Positions 61,501-64,000 of a DNA stretch of 64,000 nucleotides are shown here, in pieces. The notes beneath the pieces were generated by a model. That model searched no databases. It was given only the letters and a program-made list of their open reading frames with translations, and was not told where the DNA came from. Source of the DNA: Marsupella aquatica. Its lineage: Eukaryota > Plantae > Marchantiophyta. Each line of letters starts with the position of its first letter. The stretch's first letter is position 1. The stretch is taken from contig OZ316899.1 of NCBI GenBank assembly GCA_973895155.1, positions 2,499,355 through 2,563,354 of the forward strand, written 5' to 3'. The translations under genes were made by a program, and so were the position numbers.

Positions 61501-61745
61501 GTGATCTTGTGCTACTTTATGACAGTAGGTATAGTAGGTTTCCAGGAAAGCTTTACACTCGCTGGTTAGGACCCTTTAGAGTAACCATGATGTTCCCCAA
61601 TGGCTCCGTACAATTGGCCAACATTACGGGAGAGGTATATCCAGTTCGCATCCATTATGACCGCCTCAAGAAATACTATATGGACGAAGATGAAGTGGTT
61701 CGCGAGGACGCTTCACAATTAAGTGGGGAGCTATGTGATGCCTAG
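58479..61745 (+). CDS. pol: Pol (RT-RNaseH-integrase) of gypsy A, open for 1088 codons (-1 frame relative to pro)
   Basis: WVSPIVIVPKK, DYRKLN, MDGYSGYNQI, MPFGLCNAP, FIDD, DVSG, FHTDH, H..HF..C..CQR, KWGIDYIGP, SDRGTHF, GPF. No chromodomain and no additional RNase H seen. Confidence 0.95.
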   Translation: MGSSSRDSGFSAGVVAEPAGFTTPSIIGKELNTKGSAYKQITRAEQIEALLEAERAQRPDSQEQEVDEMDRHNPEPRQEGEPTTNSKPNRPARGQSMDTKEGTDSASPAEIPVYGGMRLERLEAELDPNLKKQINMIQARQYRKLDLGEGRELNLGRNLAPELEKEINDLLIEFQDVFAWSHQDLKGVDPTLGEHRIDLMLGAKSFRQPIRRMNPKYSLLVKTEIDKLVEAGFITPVLHSDWVSPIVIVPKKAGPDGKPKIRVCQDYRKLNEATLKDHFPLPFTDMVLDMVASHELYSFMDGYSGYNQIRIRQEDQIKTAFITEWGIYVFNRMPFGLCNAPAMFQRLMVNIFHDYLRKFMEIFIDDFAVFGKASKHAKYLRKTFMRCREVGLKLHPDKCFFAVTEGVLLGHKVSRKGIEIDKGKLAVWLDIMQPKNIKDVRSFLGCIGYYRRFIKDFAKLALPLTNMLKTGADFEPTPERVTAVVELKQMLVEAPVMIAPDWNKDFHVFVDVSGFCIGSVLSQLDEKGRDHPIYFASRQLADAERNYSTTEREALGVIYSCKKFRHYLLGYKVIFHTDHESLKYLVNKPDLTGRVARWILLLQEFDYELRIKPGKLHANADFFSRITGKPATDCIDDRFPDEELFVVEIADTWYPEILQFLSTSRLQPRLSREQAVVFVRKVRQYQCIKGILHKHGINGTIQRCLEKGEVKRVLRAMHGEEAGGHFAPVTTSKKILNAGYWWPTLHKDVYQFIKQCDPCQRAGGPRASTRHPLHPILPLAPFEKWGIDYIGPLKPLTHPRRNKYMILATDYATKWVEARPTTKDDAITTARFMYEQIFTRYGAPLELVSDRGTHFLNDIISRLNEQYLVKHRPTTPYHPKANGLTKRANGIIGKILNKTVAQNKLDWDDKLFAVVFAYNLAYKSTTGHTPFFLTFGQEALVPMQLEIPTFQVTIEERALAEESLKEREYRLEALEEARMISAERVEYRQNIMKQQYDKKLKVVSIHTGDLVLLYDSRYSRFPGKLYTRWLGPFRVTMMFPNGSVQLANITGEVYPVRIHYDRLKKYYMDEDEVVREDASQLSGELCDA
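61721..61733 (+). other. Polypurine tract of gypsy A
   Basis: AAGTGGGGAGCTA immediately before the 3' LTR TG; the family B equivalent is AAGCAGGGAGCTA. Confidence 0.75.
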
Positions 61746-64000
61746 ACAAGAATCACTCCGCCAGTTAAGTGGGTAAAGCAGGAGGGCACCCTAGGAACAC
61801 CTTAGTATAGGGACAAAACAAGGAAAATATAAACAATTAGGGGCAACCATGGAACCCGGGCCGAGGCCGGAGGTAAGGACGCTGAGGGTGAAAACTCGAT
61901 TAGGGTTAGGGCGCGTTAAGCGTCGGCGGCTAGGAAGGATCAACGGGAAGAAGGACCGGCAGAGGAGAGGGGTAAGGAGCGCTTGCAGGAGATGGTGGCT
62001 CATTTGCGAGCACGAACTAGGCAGACGACTACGGGAGGCCAACTACTGTCAGCTGCTTAGGCAAGCACTCGGGGAGAGAGTAGATACCGACGATCGACCT
62101 AAGGAGGGTATGAGCAACGTCAATCAAGCGGCACATTTCTGGGGATGCCTGTTCGAACGGGCAACTGAGTACATCAAGACTTACAAGGATGAGGAATCAG
62201 AAAGAGCAGCTCGAGAACGGCAAGAGCTCGCTCGATTGTGGGAGCTGCAGAAGACAACTTTCTTAGGAGGCGAACTCATCAAGGACGAGTTCCTGTGGAC
62301 GCCTACTTCCAATCAACTCGACAATCTTCTGTTTTGCAAAGACAGCGTCGTCGGCATCCAAGAGGCCATCAAGAACTGCAACGACATACACTGGGAATTA
62401 AAGGGTAGCACGGAAAGGTGGACCCAGGCAACGGTGCTAGGAGAAACCTCCACGGCAGCAGAGATGAAGAGGAAGGGAGCCGTCAACGATAAAGCCACCC
62501 CGGCAAAAAGAACGAGGTCGGCGGCACCAAAGAAGCCAGCCGAGCAGCAGAGCAGGAGGCAGGGAGAAGCCGAAGAGGAGGAGGTCGATCCCATCAAGGC
62601 CATTCGAACCAGGGATGACACCTGGAAGGGCTGGGCGGCAACCCTACCGGTGGAGGTGCAACTACATTTTGCACGGGAGGAGGATGCATGCCTGACGGCC
62701 ATGCAGACCAAGAAGTACCAAGGCTTCATGGCCGGATCCGGCTTAGAGGCCTTTGTAAGATTACCATGGCTGAAACCGGAGGTACCGGAGTCAGACGTAT
62801 TAGAATTCGTGGGGTCATGGGAACCCGAGACCAATTGCACGAGGATATATGGGAAGGATTTCTATCTTACTCCCAAGGTAATTGCCGAAGTGTTTGGCTT
62901 GCCGATAGGCAATAAGACCAAAGTTGATACCAGGAAGACCTTGCCTGACAAGGAGTTCCGGTCGTTCCCTGGGCCATCAACGAAGAATGGCTTCTTCCGG
63001 AACACCTGCACCAACCCGCACATAGGAGAGATGATCGACTTCTTGCGGGTGACCATGCATTGTAACTTGCCGAGGGCAGAGATCGGCAAGGCACAGGTCT
63101 ATCTGGCAGAAAGGCCAGACCCAAGCCGGGACTACAACGGGTACCTCCTCAACCAATTGAAGAAGATCTTAAAGGAGGAGCAGCAGGTAATCGGCATGGG
63201 GAGCGTGTCGCGGCTTGGCTATCACATGCCGCTGTTGTGCCGGTATGCCAGAGGTCAGACTTTTGCCCCAGTACTTCCCCTGCAGGTAAGGGCACCCGAG
63301 GAAGCTCCAACGCCGAGGCCGTTGGCTGAGAAGCCTCAACCACCTGTTAGCCCTACGATCGAGCAAGTGTTTAGACCCAGGAAGGAGGACTTGCCGATGC
63401 AGCAACCAGGCATGCAGAGTCTGCTGAAACTATTGGAGAAAGAAAAGAAATCGGCATCGGCAACAACAACGGCAACGGCAACAATGCAGGACACTACTAC
63501 AGAGGTAGGCCTACACCGGCTCACAAGAGAAAACCCCTTTGCTGGAGACAAGGAGACAATCAGGCCGGAATCCAAGCCAGGTGTTCGAATGTACGTGGGA
63601 ACCTCAAGCTCCGAATCTGAGGCAGAATTGCCTGAAGCTCCTACCGACGAAGAGGAGAGGGAGAAGCCGGACGTCCAAGAGGTAGAGGAGGCAGTGGAGG
63701 ACTGCAGCCATGATAATTCCGACTATGGGTCGGACCATCACGTTCCAGGAGTAAGGACCTGTGGCCGGTTTGTCCCCACACTTCCAAGGGTAGTGCGAGG
63801 GGACCCCAACCAGCAGAGTAGCCCTGAGTCTCCCCCACCAGATGTTGCTCCCCCGAGCTTCGACGGCATAAAATAGACGGTGCAGGAATTTCAGGAGCGA
63901 ATCAGGCAGGAAGAGGAGGCAGCCCTGGCTAGGGAAAAGGATTTACCAGGAGGAGATTGGCCGGAGGACATCAGGCGGCTAGCCGAAAAAGGAAGCAAAC
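61734..64000 (+). repeat. 3' LTR of gypsy A (partial)
   Basis: 5 differences from the 5' LTR in the first 230 bp compared; same 115-nt offset to the ORF ATG. Confidence 0.96.
61849..63876 (+). CDS. LTR-encoded gene, 3' LTR copy (675 codons to a premature TAG; continues beyond it)
   Basis: Nearly identical to 51626 onward; its TAG at 63874-63876 is CAG in the 5' LTR (53651-53653). Confidence 0.88.
   Translation: MEPGPRPEVRTLRVKTRLGLGRVKRRRLGRINGKKDRQRRGVRSACRRWWLICEHELGRRLREANYCQLLRQALGERVDTDDRPKEGMSNVNQAAHFWGCLFERATEYIKTYKDEESERAARERQELARLWELQKTTFLGGELIKDEFLWTPTSNQLDNLLFCKDSVVGIQEAIKNCNDIHWELKGSTERWTQATVLGETSTAAEMKRKGAVNDKATPAKRTRSAAPKKPAEQQSRRQGEAEEEEVDPIKAIRTRDDTWKGWAATLPVEVQLHFAREEDACLTAMQTKKYQGFMAGSGLEAFVRLPWLKPEVPESDVLEFVGSWEPETNCTRIYGKDFYLTPKVIAEVFGLPIGNKTKVDTRKTLPDKEFRSFPGPSTKNGFFRNTCTNPHIGEMIDFLRVTMHCNLPRAEIGKAQVYLAERPDPSRDYNGYLLNQLKKILKEEQQVIGMGSVSRLGYHMPLLCRYARGQTFAPVLPLQVRAPEEAPTPRPLAEKPQPPVSPTIEQVFRPRKEDLPMQQPGMQSLLKLLEKEKKSASATTTATATMQDTTTEVGLHRLTRENPFAGDKETIRPESKPGVRMYVGTSSSESEAELPEAPTDEEEREKPDVQEVEEAVEDCSHDNSDYGSDHHVPGVRTCGRFVPTLPRVVRGDPNQQSSPESPPPDVAPPSFDGIK

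Larger units (their letters stand above)
51511..64000 (+). mobile_element. Ty3/gypsy LTR retrotransposon, family A (3' LTR runs out of the window)
   Basis: 5' LTR, PBS, gag, pro, pol, PPT, and the 3' LTR starting at 61734. Confidence 0.96.

Noticed and set aside
58479-61745. Assignment to the Tat/Ogre lineage or to chromoviruses
   Set aside because: No additional archaeal-type RNase H and no chromodomain is visible; left as non-chromovirus pending an RT phylogeny.
1-64000. Numerous short antisense or overlapping ORFs in the supplied track
   Set aside because: They are shadows of transposon coding regions with no independent motifs. No tRNA, rRNA or CRISPR locus was seen.

Overview
Eukaryotic, land-plant-type, transposon-saturated window with no intact host gene. 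The organism is not identifiable; a non-seed plant is only a guess. The layout is deeply nested. A degenerate L1-type LINE (minus strand, 23479-~48600) is interrupted by a full-length Ty3/gypsy element (family B, 24304-38330, TSD AGAAA) and a Bianca-like Ty1/copia element (42580-48097). On its left lie three CACTA right ends (9156, 21708, 23478). One belongs to an element with spliced TnpD and TnpA genes (798-7705). The region 9.2-21.7 kb carries decayed cargo: an EDM2-type PHD module, a tandem BRCT gene and a small ORF, plus LTR copies and a MITE. The right end holds a near-complete second Ty3/gypsy element (family A, 51511 to beyond 64000). The most striking observation is that both gypsy families have giant LTRs (about 4.0 and 4.65 kb), each containing a homologous, sense-strand gene (reconstructed about 840 and 1206 aa) wholly inside the LTR. 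Family A also has a phase-correct -1 frameshift signal (GGATTTT plus hairpin) between protease and RT. All domain calls are by eye from recalled motifs; no database searches were run.
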